From: Mytilus californianus
Taxonomy: Eukaryota
DNA length: 64,000 nucleotides
Direction of reading: 5' to 3'
Assembly (NCBI RefSeq): GCF_021869535.1
Contig: NW_026262668.1
Location: 77,748,001 to 77,812,000 of the forward strand
Within the stretch, counting starts at the first letter, position 1; every line of letters starts with the position of its first letter. The position numbers and the translations under genes are program-made. Of this stretch, positions 34,113-45,845 are shown in pieces. The notes below the pieces were generated by a model that saw only the letters and a program-made list of their open reading frames with translations, made no database searches and had not been told where the DNA came from.

Positions 34113-34374
34113 CAAATAAGTTTAAAACTGAAACCAAAACAAGGTGATTGGAATTTCCAAGTTAGATAACCCCTGTTGTAATTAGATTAACCTTTAATGT
34201 GTCTTATTTAATGCAAACAAAAATGCATACAGTTTTTTTTATTTTATTCGAATTTAATTCAAAAATACCATCTTTACAAATGGACATTATGAAAACATAT
34301 TATTTCTTTTTTTCGAATCAATGATGTCATATTTCTATATTTGATATTTATTTTTACTTCCTTCTACTTAAAAG
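34113..34374. promoter_or_regulatory. Putative compact bidirectional promoter / non-coding first exons of RING genes 1 and 2
   Basis: Minus-strand donor ttg|gtaagt at 34113/34112; plus-strand donor aag|gtatgg at 34374/34375. Between them: AAAACTGAAACC (34124, IRF/ISRE-like), GGAATTTCC (34150, kB-like), AGATAA (34164, GATA), TGATGTCA (34322), ACTTCC (34356, ETS-like). The block is conserved upstream of gene 3. Confidence 0.6.
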
Positions 34375-34838
34375 GTATGGTTTCAACGACAGTAGTACAG
34401 TAAAACTTTCACGAAACTTTTTACTAAAAATCAGATTTTTTTTCACTGTTTGTCGCTCGTGAAAAGATCTTATTTTAATCAGATTGGTCATGTATAAAGT
34501 AGCCTAGTCACTGAGCTTGAAACAAGAATAGCCTTAGAAACATGATTATTTACTATGATTAGCTGGCTTTGAACTAGATTTCAGTACTTGTGAGTAATCT
34601 GTGTCTTCAATATTATTTTTAGTTGTTTTTGTGCTTTGTGTCTGTCCCAAGTCAGAAGCCTGTAACTCAGTGGTTGTCGTTGTTTTTTGTATATCATATT
34701 TTTTTTGCCTATTGTTTTTAACAAAAAATAGGCCGTTGGTTTTCTCGATTGAATTATATTTTTTCATTTCAAGGTCTGTTATCTTTTTGCCCTTATCCTT
34801 TATACAGTATGGGTTTTAATCATTGTTGATGACCTTTA

Positions 34839-36539
34839 GGGACTTATCATTTTTTACCTGGGAGGGGGCTGGTCATTTGGAAATCAAACATATAAAATTT
34901 TCTTGCCCCCCCCTAATATTTCACTATTTTTATTTGATCCCCCCTTAAAACATTTAAAAAAAATGTGATCCCCCCTCTATTATACCAGGAACATACATAT
35001 ATATTAGATATTCTGTTCCCAGATTAAACATCCCAACATTTTGAAATGGAAAACACTTGTCATGTTATTTCACGGAAATATTGCAAACATGAAATATTCT
35101 CAGTGGAATGAGTCTCAAAAAATATTTTTGAGGGAAAATTGCCTTGAAATAGGGCTCTTTCCAAGAAAAATTAGTAGGTGCTTCAATGGGATGCTTTTTC
35201 TGACTTTTTTTCTAGTTCCCTATATTGGGCTAAATAAGAAAACTTGTTCATCAGTATATATTTTGTAAAAAAATATACAGTAAAAAGTAAATGTTTTTTT
35301 TGAAACAGTAACAACACTTTATTTAGTAAAAGGGATCTGCATGTGTTTAATATATGCCCTTCTATTGAACGCTGCGTAAAATTAAGTTTACGTGAGGCCT
35401 TATTGAAAACTCCATTTAGTCGATAAACTTTTATATGGATAATTCATTCAGCTTGAACAATTCAATTACATATTTATTGTCACATATCTCACATTTCTTC
35501 TGGTGTTAGTAACCCCAAAATTTTGATGTAGCCTAAAATGTACAACTTTTGATGGAATGAGAGCTATAATTGGACCCAAAAGGATCTAAGTATAATGAAA
35601 ACAAAAAGGTACATAAGTGGTTTTTATCAACTTAGAATAATCTTTTGTATCATATTCATTTGTAACTATTTTTATGCAGATAAGTTGAATATTTGATCAT
35701 TCATTGGTGGATTTATTGGTCAACACTATATTTTTTCATGATGCAGCGTGATTTGGATTTTTTGGAACAAATTTTGCACAAATCGTTGTAGATTTCGTTT
35801 TAATTTATTCTAAATTTCTCTTTAAACTATTAAGCTGGGTGATTATAACAAAACATGGCTGTAATGCTTGAAATAACCAGTCAAATATAGAATCAAGGTG
35901 GAAGAATAGTTATCAAAAGGGCTTGAATCAATTCGACCAAGAAAGGAATTAATGTTAAAAAAAACTCTCTGCTTTTGATTTTTTTTTTAAACGGGAGCAG
36001 TTTAGATGGTGAAGAATTTTTACAATAAAAAATCCAAGTCTTCCATGCCAAAATCTAATGCGCTTGAAAAGTCAGATGAAAATCAAAATCAAGCAGAATC
36101 AGACTCTTATGAAGCTCTTGAAATGCAAGGTACAGGAGATGACGCTTGAAATAGAATCTTCAGGCCATTTGACATTATAACTGTTAAGCTTTTAGGTCCT
36201 GAGGGTTATGTTTATGTGTGATCACTAAGTGAACTAGATTTTATCAGTTACATATACAGTACACAAATTATTATTTATATATGGTTATGAAATAAATTTG
36301 ATCAATGATGGTAAAAGTATATTCTCATTTGACTGTTGTAATGTTCTTCTAAACATTTTGTCCCTTGACATGTTTGAAGCATGCAAACTACTTATTTCCA
36401 TGTGCAAAAAAATTTGACCCCCCCACTTTGAATTTATAAAAAAATTGAACCCCCCTTTTCAACTTACAGAAAAAAACTTGACCCCCCCCCCCCTACATTT
36501 TGACCAGCCCCCCTTCCCAGGTAAAAAATGATAAGTCCC
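34839..36539. mobile_element. 1.7-kb non-autonomous TIR element in intron 1 of RING gene 2
   Basis: ~37-bp near-perfect TIR GGGACTTATCATTTTTTACCTGGGA..GGGGGCTGGTCA flanked by TA; no transposase ORF. Confidence 0.8.
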
Positions 36540-37215
36540 TAATAGTTGCTTACATCTAAGTTATTTGACCTCTGAATGGTGGATAGTTGTCTCTTCTTAT
36601 TTTTATATACGTTTCGCACTATAACAGACAAATGTTTACACTATGTGATAAGCTTTAATCAACCCGGGCCTAGAAAAGCTATCAATAAATTTAACAGAGA
36701 ACATCAAATATATCCCATCATACAACAGTTACACAACATCTTAACTGATAAAAATATACTACCGAAGAGAACCACTGGAGATTCCTGACATTGGAAAGAC
36801 ACAAACATGTGATGGGGTTTAATGAGTTTTTCTTCAGATCTCAACCCCTCTTTGTTTAAAAAAAATGAACTGTTAATATACATGTATATATAGTTCCATA
36901 TATTTCTACGCCTTGCTATATACCTTTACGTCTTGTTCTGTCGTTTTCGTTTTTGTTTTTGTATTATATTACTTTGTTTCCTTGTGCTTTTCAATTATTT
37001 ATAAGTAATATAAGTACTTGTGTTTATGTCACTTTGTTTTTTTTCTTGTGTTTTTGTTTGTCTGTTATGTATAGGATGGGCTGTCGAAGCTTTATGCTAA
37101 CGAAGTATCCGTTTTGCGGATATGGGATCACACGTCCGTTAAATGGTTTTTACTTATTCCTGTGTAACTATAGTATACAGTTGTTATTTTTTTCGTTGTA
37201 GGTAATGGCAATATA

Positions 37216-38625
37216 ATGAGTGACGAAAATGTATGTTCAGTGTGCTATGATACATTCAAATTTCCCAAAATGCTACCATGCAAACATTCATTTTGTATAT
37301 CATGTCTTCACGAATTTTTGGGAGGTTTACAAGATCAGTCAAACTTAATATGTCCGTTATGCAGGGAACCTTGTTATGTACCAGAAAAGGGATTTACCGA
37401 CTTCCCAACTAATAACTTTGTTCCAGTCGAGAAACCACCCAAAGTGTGTCAAGAATGCCATAAACTACCCGTGTACCAAAATTGTTTTTTATGCAGTACA
37501 GTTCTGTGCAAAAAATGTAATCGAATGCATTCGCATACTAAACATGCAACCGAACGAATACGCGGTGACGACAGTGACGACGAAAACATCGTCAGTCTTC
37601 CTCCACATTTACATTGGCATCTTATGCATCAAAATATGAAGACTGAGTTTTTATGCAAACAAAATTCTATGTTTGTCGGCGAGTTTCTTCCTATTGAAGA
37701 AATCAGAAAAACTGTCCGATCTATGGCATTTTCAAGAAATGGTGGCGTTTTTGTCAGACTGGATAAGAACGAATTTCTCTTAAAGTACGACAAACATGGG
37801 AAAATAATGGACAGAATTCCGTTGCCAGCAGAAGCATCAACTGTACTGGAAATAAAGAATGGATGTATTTTGCTCGCACATATAGGGGCTAAGGTTGTTG
37901 GTTGTTACAATCCACCCAAATTTCAAGTCTTTGCAAGAACGCCAACTTTTCATCCGATTGGTTTAGCGGAACTTCAAAATGAAAACATTGCGGTCAGTGG
38001 ACCAACACATCTATGCAATGCAGAGTGTAAAGATGGTGACTGTGAGTTGTCAAATAGTAGTCCTGGTGTTCTGCACATTTATACAACACAAGGAAAGCTA
38101 CTGCAAGAAATATCCAAAGACGCAATGGAGTATATCTTTAAGTGCCCGACTCAAATGGCTTCCAGTTATAAGGCTGGAACCATTGCTGTATGTGACACTA
38201 AATTTCATAAAGTTATAGTACTGGATTACGACGGAAAAGTGAGAGGATTGTATAAAGGCTGGAGAAAATTGCCGTTCTCTCTATTTACGGACGGAGAACC
38301 ATTCCTTCCTCTCTCCGTTTGCACAACTGCAGACGGAAATTTTATCGTGGCTGATATTTATAAAGAATGTTTACATGTCCTTAGTCCGCTTGGAAAATTT
38401 ATAGGCATTATGCGCGGTGAGGAAGGTGACTCTTTAATAGAGAGCAGTGCTTTATGTGTCGATTCCGAACAAAACATTTGGGTTGGTCACCATTCCCAAG
38501 GAACAATTACAGTTCTTAAGCCTAGTCGTCTGAATAATATTTTTGATCAGAGGCACTTTCCCTTCCTTCATGGTGAAGAACTCCGATTACCATTGTTTCC
38601 TGAACTTAATCTTGACGGGAACTAG
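37216..38625 (+). CDS. RING-HC / B-box-like / NHL-like beta-propeller protein, gene 2, 469 aa
   Basis: Single-exon ORF after the acceptor tttcgttgtag| (37201). RING CSVC...CKHSFCISC...CPLC; B-box-like CQEC-CFLC-CKKC-HSH; repeats HPIGLAEL, IAVCD, FIVAD, ALCVDSEQNIWVG. Confidence 0.93.
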   Translation: MSDENVCSVCYDTFKFPKMLPCKHSFCISCLHEFLGGLQDQSNLICPLCREPCYVPEKGFTDFPTNNFVPVEKPPKVCQECHKLPVYQNCFLCSTVLCKKCNRMHSHTKHATERIRGDDSDDENIVSLPPHLHWHLMHQNMKTEFLCKQNSMFVGEFLPIEEIRKTVRSMAFSRNGGVFVRLDKNEFLLKYDKHGKIMDRIPLPAEASTVLEIKNGCILLAHIGAKVVGCYNPPKFQVFARTPTFHPIGLAELQNENIAVSGPTHLCNAECKDGDCELSNSSPGVLHIYTTQGKLLQEISKDAMEYIFKCPTQMASSYKAGTIAVCDTKFHKVIVLDYDGKVRGLYKGWRKLPFSLFTDGEPFLPLSVCTTADGNFIVADIYKECLHVLSPLGKFIGIMRGEEGDSLIESSALCVDSEQNIWVGHHSQGTITVLKPSRLNNIFDQRHFPFLHGEELRLPLFPELNLDGN

Positions 38626-40927
38626 ATGACATGTCTTGGTTTTGACTCTACAATAATTAGCCCAAACAAGTAATTGTGTACATGTACTTAAATATGTTCA
38701 TAGAGACATATATTTCATTCATTTTTTGTTGTTCTATGCGATAAAGTAATGTTGTTGTAGATGAATCAAGTATATATTTATATATTGAAAAGTTATAAAA
38801 TTTGTCCACGCTGTGCATAAAACAGGACAAAAATAAGACTGAAAAAAGATTTTTTTCCTATATAAATATATATTTAAGTTAAAAACTTCCATTTAAGCCC
38901 GACCAGCCGTTCATCCGTGGCTCTTTCCCCCCCCCCCCCCCCACCCCCCCCCCCCCCCCCCCCCCCCCCGATCAGTTTGTTTTCTGCAGCTCCTCCTCAA
39001 TATATAAGATATGTGGTTAGATTTGATTTATAACTTTATAGTTATGTCTAAAGTATTGTGATTTTAGTTAAGAAAACGCCGGGTATACGCCAATGAGACA
39101 GACACCCAACAAAGCAATCAACAGATAAGACATTTCAACAAATGGCCATCAACAATAGACAAGTGTCTATACCTCATGTCAAGCTATAAATCATCCAGAG
39201 TCTATAAATTCTGTTGTTGAAGTCATGTGATGTACTATTACTCTAGTCAGTAAGTTGTTTGATATAGCAATGCTATAATGTTTGATGCAATGTTGTTTTA
39301 TTTGAAGTAAGTATGCTGAATTGTTATACTGTATCCAACACTACGAAGAAGCGGGATAAGATATATATTTTTTGCCCCGTTCGTTCGTCAGTCATCTTGG
39401 TTGTAGGAGATGAAACAAATACTTTTAAATCGGATTGCAACCTTACTTGGATGTAGTCACATATGATGAGGAAAATCCCTATTATTTTGAGGTCACATCA
39501 TCTAAGGTAAAGGTTAGAGTGGGTAAGATTTACTAAATATATATTGGATTGCAACCTTACTTGTATAAATTGTAACATGTAACAAACGAAATATCCCTAC
39601 TGATTCTGAGGTAAATTCAAAATACTCTGAAACCCGTGAAGGAAAGTATAAATTTGGAACCTTGCATCTTTAATTTTATTGCAAAACATGATATATAATC
39701 ACATATAATGAGTGGAAGACGCCCATTAATTTTAATATAACTGCGCGCAAGGTGATAGTCATTTAAATAATACTGAAGAATGCAATGAGACATGTATAAT
39801 GAGAGGATAATCCCTTTTAATTTTGAGACCCTTACGCCCAAGGTAAAGATCACAGTTACAAAAACTAAGACTGGTTTTCAGATAATAGACCTAAACCCAT
39901 CGTGTGTATCCAAATTTGCATGGTTTCAAATAACGAGAGGAAGATCCTTTATGATTCTGAGGTTATACGCCATGGTCATAGGTATAAAAAATAAGTGGTT
40001 TCCTTGATGGTAAATGTAAATCTTGCATTTTATTGGAACAAAACGTGAATATATGGTAAAATAAAAGAGCGAGATTACTATTGGTTTTTATGTATTCATC
40101 CAAATATTAAAAAAGAGATGCAGTATGATTGCAAATAAGACAACTATCCATCTGAGACTAAAAGGAAGTGGATGTCAGCAACTATAATATAAGGTCACAA
40201 AATGACCTTCAACAATGAGTAAAACCCATACCGTATAGTAAGATTAAAAAGACCCTTGCATGATAAAACGTGAAGAAAAAAACTAAATCGAAAACCAAGT
40301 AGAAATCCAAACTAGATTTATGCTAAAACAATAAGCAAAAAAAAAAAAATATGACGGGCAGCAACGAAAGACAATTACATGTTTTTGAGCGATTAGCCAT
40401 TCCCTAACCCGCGACAGTGATTGTAACAGCACGACATAAGATTTGTTTGAAAGGGCTTGACTCATCACGAAGCAAACACACCTTACAAATAGACAAAAGA
40501 CTCATTGTACCGATCTAAGAGAATTCACAGTCACTGAAAACTAGTTCAATGCCATTTACAAATAATAAATAAATCATGTTTCCCAGACTAAAAAATCATT
40601 CAATTCAACGGATTTAGTGTAAAAACGTCATAAGCTAAACAGTATGAGAAAAGCATGACCTTTTACAATGACAAAGTATATGTATATTTGATAGACAAGA
40701 TGTAGGACCATAAGTTTTCATATAACTGTATAGCAATACATATCTAGACTAGTTATGTTTTATCATATTAAATACAAAGCCTTTGTCAGTACCAATGAAA
40801 TCAATGTTACATGTAGTACCGATAAAAACAATATTCAAAAATCTTTCTTCGGTGTTAAAAACATAACTTTAAGAATAGGTTTTTCAAAATTGTGCACTTC
40901 CTCAATAAGGTTCTTAGATTTTTGTTA

Positions 40928-41225
40928 CAAGGTGTGTTACACTGTTATTGTTGCACGGTGTGTTACATTGTTATTGTTGTACGGTGTGTTACACTGTTAT
41001 TGATGTAAGGTGTGTTACACTGTTATTGATGTAAGGTGTGCTGCACTGTTATGCATGTAAGGTGTGCTGCAATGTCACTGATGTAAGGTGTGCTGCACTG
41101 TTATTGATGTAAGGTGTGCTGCACTGTTATTGTTCTAAGGTGAGCTGCACTGTTATTGTTGTAAGGTGTTGTTTTATAAATTGCACTGTGTACTAATGGT
41201 TTCGTAAGGTGTGTTGAACTTTGGT
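40928..41225. repeat. 26-bp GT-rich minisatellite
   Basis: gtaaggtgtg(t/c)t(a/g)cactgttattgat units. Confidence 0.85.
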
Positions 41226-41348
41226 TTTTGTTATGTTTAGGTCTTGTGTTTAAACTGCTGGATGTTTTATGAAGTTATGCCGCAGTGTTGTTTGAGTAAA
41301 TTAAAAGTATTCTTGCAAGGCAATAGTTTTGGCATTGTTAAAATTCTC

Positions 41349-41937
41349 TATAAAAAAGAAGTTGTGGTATGATTGCCAATGAGACAACTCTCCACAAGAG
41401 ACCAAATGACACAGAAATTAACAATTATAGGTCACCGTACGCCCATCAACAATGAGCAAAGCCCATACCGCACAGTCAGCTATTAAAAGGCCCCGAAATG
41501 ACAATGTAAAACAATTCAAACGAGAAAACTAACGGCCTAATTTATGTACAAAAAATGAACGAAAAACAAATTTGTTACACATAAACAAACGACAACCACT
41601 GAATAACAGGCTCCTGACTTGGGACAGGCACATACATAAAGAATGTGGCGGGGTTAAACATGTTAGCGGGATCCCAACCCTCCCCCTAACCTGGGACAGT
41701 GGCGTAACAGTACAACATAAGAACGAACTATAAAAATCAGTTGAAAGAGGCTTAACTCATCAGATGGATAAAATACAAATACTACAAATACAAGTGGACG
41801 TGGCCGGGTACTTGTACATCCAAACAACAAAAAGACACTAAGTACAGATCTGAGAGTACTCGCAGTTACTGACAGCTAGTTCAAAGCCACTAACAACTAA
41901 TAAAACAATCATGCATCCAAGACTAAATTATCTAATC
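41349..41937. repeat. High-copy interspersed repeat (taaaaaagaag.tgtggtatgattgccaatgagacaac family), truncated at the right end
   Basis: Related copies at ~40108-40700, 45093-45845 (inverted), 34530-34825 (inverted), 59640-59770 (inverted). Confidence 0.75.
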
Positions 41938-42097
41938 TACTACTGGACAAGAGTCGCGATCTTCCATTATCAATTTATAAAATGTAAAAAAGGGCACAGT
42001 GCTCAGTTTTTTTTCCATGTTAACCCATACATTGATGCTTTACAAAATTCCTAGATGAATATGTACAATGATTTTTGAAGATCATACTGGAATTATC

Positions 42098-42098
<1 letters not shown>

Positions 42099-42148
<50 letters not shown>

Positions 42149-43071
42149 TCTAAATTGAAAACAACGTTCAAACCTATGATTGCGTTGGATAAAAACCGCA
42201 ATTTTTATACGTGTGCATGCAAAACAAATTTCTTGGTAGAGGGTTCTAAATACAGCACAAACAACATTTTCCAAAAGACCAAATGAGTGAACAAGTATAT
42301 TTTAACAAAACGCATTTGACTAGCAGGTCGAACAACTGATGTTCTTAAACCCTGCTGACTGCCATTGGCGATTGCCAAATAAACGTATCACAAGATGTAA
42401 CAAAATAGATCTTATTATTAATTTATTACCAAACAGAAAACAATAAAAACTTGCGGAAAAGATGGTATACCGCAAACATGAGGTGCAAAAATTTGTACAC
42501 CATATCCGGATTTCGACAATTAATGTCTCTTCAGTGATGTTAGGAATCGAAACGGTATTTGGAAGGCCATATAATTTACCTCAATTTAGGATAGACTCTT
42601 GAATTTTGAAAGAGTCAAAATAGGATGAACGGATCATATAAACCCGAAGGCAAATATAATACAAGCCCAAACGAAAAAATATAAACAAGTCTAAATTGAA
42701 AACAACGTTCAAACCTATGATTACGTTGGATAAAATCCGCAATTTTTATACGTGTGCATGCAAAACAAATTTCTTGGTAGAGGGGTCTAAATACAGCACA
42801 AACAACATTTTCCAAAAGACCAAAAAAGTGAAAAAGTATATTTCAACAAAACGCATTTGACTAACAGGTCGAACAACAGATGTTCTTAAACCCTGCTTAC
42901 TGCCATTGGCGATTGCCAAATAAACGGATCACCAGATGTAACAAAATGGATCTTAACTATTAATTTAATACCAAACAGAAAACAATAAACTTGCGGAAAA
43001 GATGGTATACCGCAAACAAAAGGTGCAAAAATTAGTACACCATATCCAGATTATATATATATATATATATA
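42099..43071. repeat. Unclassified element: two ~365-bp direct repeats (period 541 bp) bracketed by (TA)n
   Basis: aagtctaaattgaaaacaacgttcaaacctatgat starts at 42146 and 42687; (TA)n at both ends. Confidence 0.75.
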
Positions 43072-43109
43072 AAGGTAACATCCGGCCACCGAAAGCTTTA
43101 TTATTATAG

Positions 43110-43275
43110 AGCCTAGGTGGTCGAGTGGTCTAGCGCGTTGGGCATAGTGCAAGGCGATTTAGTGCCACGATATCTCAGTAGCATGAGTTCGAATCCCGGC
43201 CAGGGAAGAACAAAAAATTTGCTTCCGCAAATTTACAGATCTAACATTGTTGGGCTGTTGTTTAGACGTATTATA
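43110..43275 (+). mobile_element. tRNA-derived SINE
   Basis: A box ggtggtcgagtggtctagcgcg, B box gagttcgaatccc, no cloverleaf, AT-rich tail. Confidence 0.75.
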
Positions 43276-44210
43276 TACATATCGTGTATCTATGTGTAAG
43301 AGAATATTTCACCGGCAACATGATTCTATCTAGTCTTGAGCAAATAAACTCGATTTATCATCGGAGTTCTCTCTTTATACTTTAAAATATGTGATATCAA
43401 ACTAACAAGTTTAACATGTTCTATATATATATATTTGGCGTGTACCGTTTAACATTTGATGCTGACAGACGATGCATTCAAATATACCGGGGTAGTTTGC
43501 TAAACAACCAGTGGAAAATATTTCAGCATATTTAGAAGTTCAGACCCTGTTATTAGTTGTGATTACATATTTATTTACATCAGATCAGGAGAAATTGACT
43601 TTCCTACCGAACTTCCTACGAACTTCCAGAAAAGTCTCGTATTTTTAGGTTTTAGTTGTAATATTGCTGACGGATCACCACTGATGCCAGGGGCTCCCGA
43701 GTGGTACAATGGTCATTTTGAAAGAAATGTTATATATTTGCATTAGTCCTACCTAGCTCTGATTCAGAAAATGGTCAAGATTAAAATCTCAAAACATGAT
43801 CATACTCTGATCTCGGACAATAAAATGATATGGGTTAGATTTAAAAGACTGATGTTAATAATTTGATCCTTTCTTCAAAATTTAACCTAAATAACGCGGC
43901 ACTAACAAATACATTTTGTAATTAACAAATACCGAAAAAAAAGATTTACACAAAGGCACTTGTCTCTGAACAAAATTTACCTATATACCTGTATATATCG
44001 GTATTTTGTTTTCAGAGACAAGTGCCTGCGAAAACAAGTTAGGGTAGGGGATGCAGTATGCTTTGAAATAGCCTGGGACCCTGGCTCGATCACTGCATGC
44101 TCGGCGGTTCGTTAATATGATATTTGAATGATGCATCGTGGTATATATATAGCGTCATTTCTTGACACATGGCGAAGTATAAGATTGGGTCAGGATGACA
44201 GGCTAGTTTT

Positions 44211-44221
44211 GAAACTGAAAC
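44211..44221. promoter_or_regulatory. Canonical ISRE/IRF-like site, displaced half of the gene 3 promoter module
   Basis: GAAACTGAAAC immediately left of the TIR element; context agtttt-gaaactgaaac parallels agttta-aaactgaaac at 34119. Confidence 0.55.
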
Positions 44222-45092
44222 TAGGGGCGTGTTTTATTGGTCTCTTCTGCACATCTCCAGAATGTCTTCTGGTGAAGAGTCCAAAAAAAATGAATCTGGA
44301 CCTCTTCTGGAGATATTCTACTGAAGATCAATAAAACAAAAATTCAATTTGCCGTCGAATATAGCAGATTTTTGTTATGTTGGATGACATAAATGAAGTT
44401 TACGATGATTTTATAGAAAATTAAAATACGTCCGGTAGACATGACTGTAAAAGTGTGCTCTGTTCGTGACATTTTTCTTTGTTCTTTCCTCTAACTCAAT
44501 TTTGCTAGACAAATCTGGCTTAAACCCCCACTATTTGATTTTTAAGAATAATCTTAAACTGCACAAAAATTCGTCAATGTTTTTCTCGAATATGATCAAA
44601 AAGGACATCTTGTCTATCCAATTTTTTTAAAGTAACCAAACTGGATTATTTTTGTATAAAGCAAAGATATCGGAAAGTTCTCGAAATCATTTTTCTCTGG
44701 TGGTCCTTGAAGAAAATCTTCTGGTCCTAACTATTATTTCTATTGCAAAATTTCGATGGTCAAAATCTTCGGACCACCACTTTTCAAAAAAATTCATTGT
44801 ATATGTATCAATATGCAAGTATATATACAATGTATACCAGACATTTCTCAGACTGTTTTTTTTTTCTTTTTCTTTTTAATAAATCCGTTGGTTGTGTACT
44901 GATTGATACTTCAGTCTGGGAGAACAAGATTTATTTCAACATAAGTTGTTATTAGCTTTGAACAAACTTCCAGTAATTGCAAATACTCTTATTTCGGTGC
45001 TTTGTGTCTATTGTCTTAATGTAAGATTTTTATTTTATTTTTTTTTTTTGTGTCTCGTACCGATCTTTTGAGTTAATCTAATTGCAATTGAT

Positions 45093-45845
45093 TTGTGCAG
45101 GTTGTTCTTATATTGTACTGTTACACCACTGTCCCAGCTTCGGGAAGGGTTGAGCGCTCACAAACATGTTCTTGTACTGTTACAGCACTGTCCCAGGTTA
45201 GGGGGCGGGTTGGGCCGGATCTCGCTAACATGTTTAACCCCGCCACATTCTGTATGTATGTGCCTGTCCCAAGTCAGGAGCCTGTAATTTAATGGTTGTC
45301 GTTTGTTGCTGTGTTACATATTTGTTTTTCGTTCATTTTTTTGTACATTAATCAGACCATTAGTTTTCTCGTTTGAATTGTTTTACATTTGTGATTGCGG
45401 GGCCTTTTATATCTGACTATGCGGTATGGGCTTTGCTTATTGTTGAAGGCCGTACGGTGACCTATAGATGTTTATTGCTTTGTCATTTGGTCTCTTGTCT
45501 CATTGGCAATCTTCGTTTTTATATCAACCCTGCCATATTCTTTGTGTGCCTATCCCAAGTCAGGAGCCTATAGTTTAGTGGTTGTCGTTGGTTCATGCCT
45601 CGACTCATATTTGATATTTTGTAAATTATTTTGTTATGTATAATTAGGCCGTTAGTTTTTTCGTTTGAATTGTTTCTCACACTTTTCATGTCGGGCCTTT
45701 TATAGACGACTTTTAATACAGTATCGGGTTTTGTCATTGTTGAAGGCCTTAATTACGGTTGCCTATAATTTCTTACATCCACTTCATAATTGAACTCCGG
45801 TGGATAGTTGCCTCATAAGCAATCATACATCTCTTCGTTTTTATA
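45093..45845. repeat. Inverted, partly tandem-duplicated copy of the same interspersed repeat
   Basis: Reverse complement of 41349-41937 motifs; cccaagtcaggagcct occurs twice. Confidence 0.75.

Noticed and set aside
36049-36153. Short acidic ORF MPKSNALEKSDENQ... with a donor-like aag|gtacag
   Set aside because: Only 34 codons, lies inside the TIR element, no recognisable homology
38927-38969. ~42-nt poly-C run (G-quadruplex potential on the minus strand)
   Set aside because: Homopolymer length is unreliable in assemblies and nothing supports a function
43110-43205. tRNA-like sequence with A and B boxes (also 26112-26200)
   Set aside because: No acceptor stem or anticodon arm, and continues into SINE body and tail
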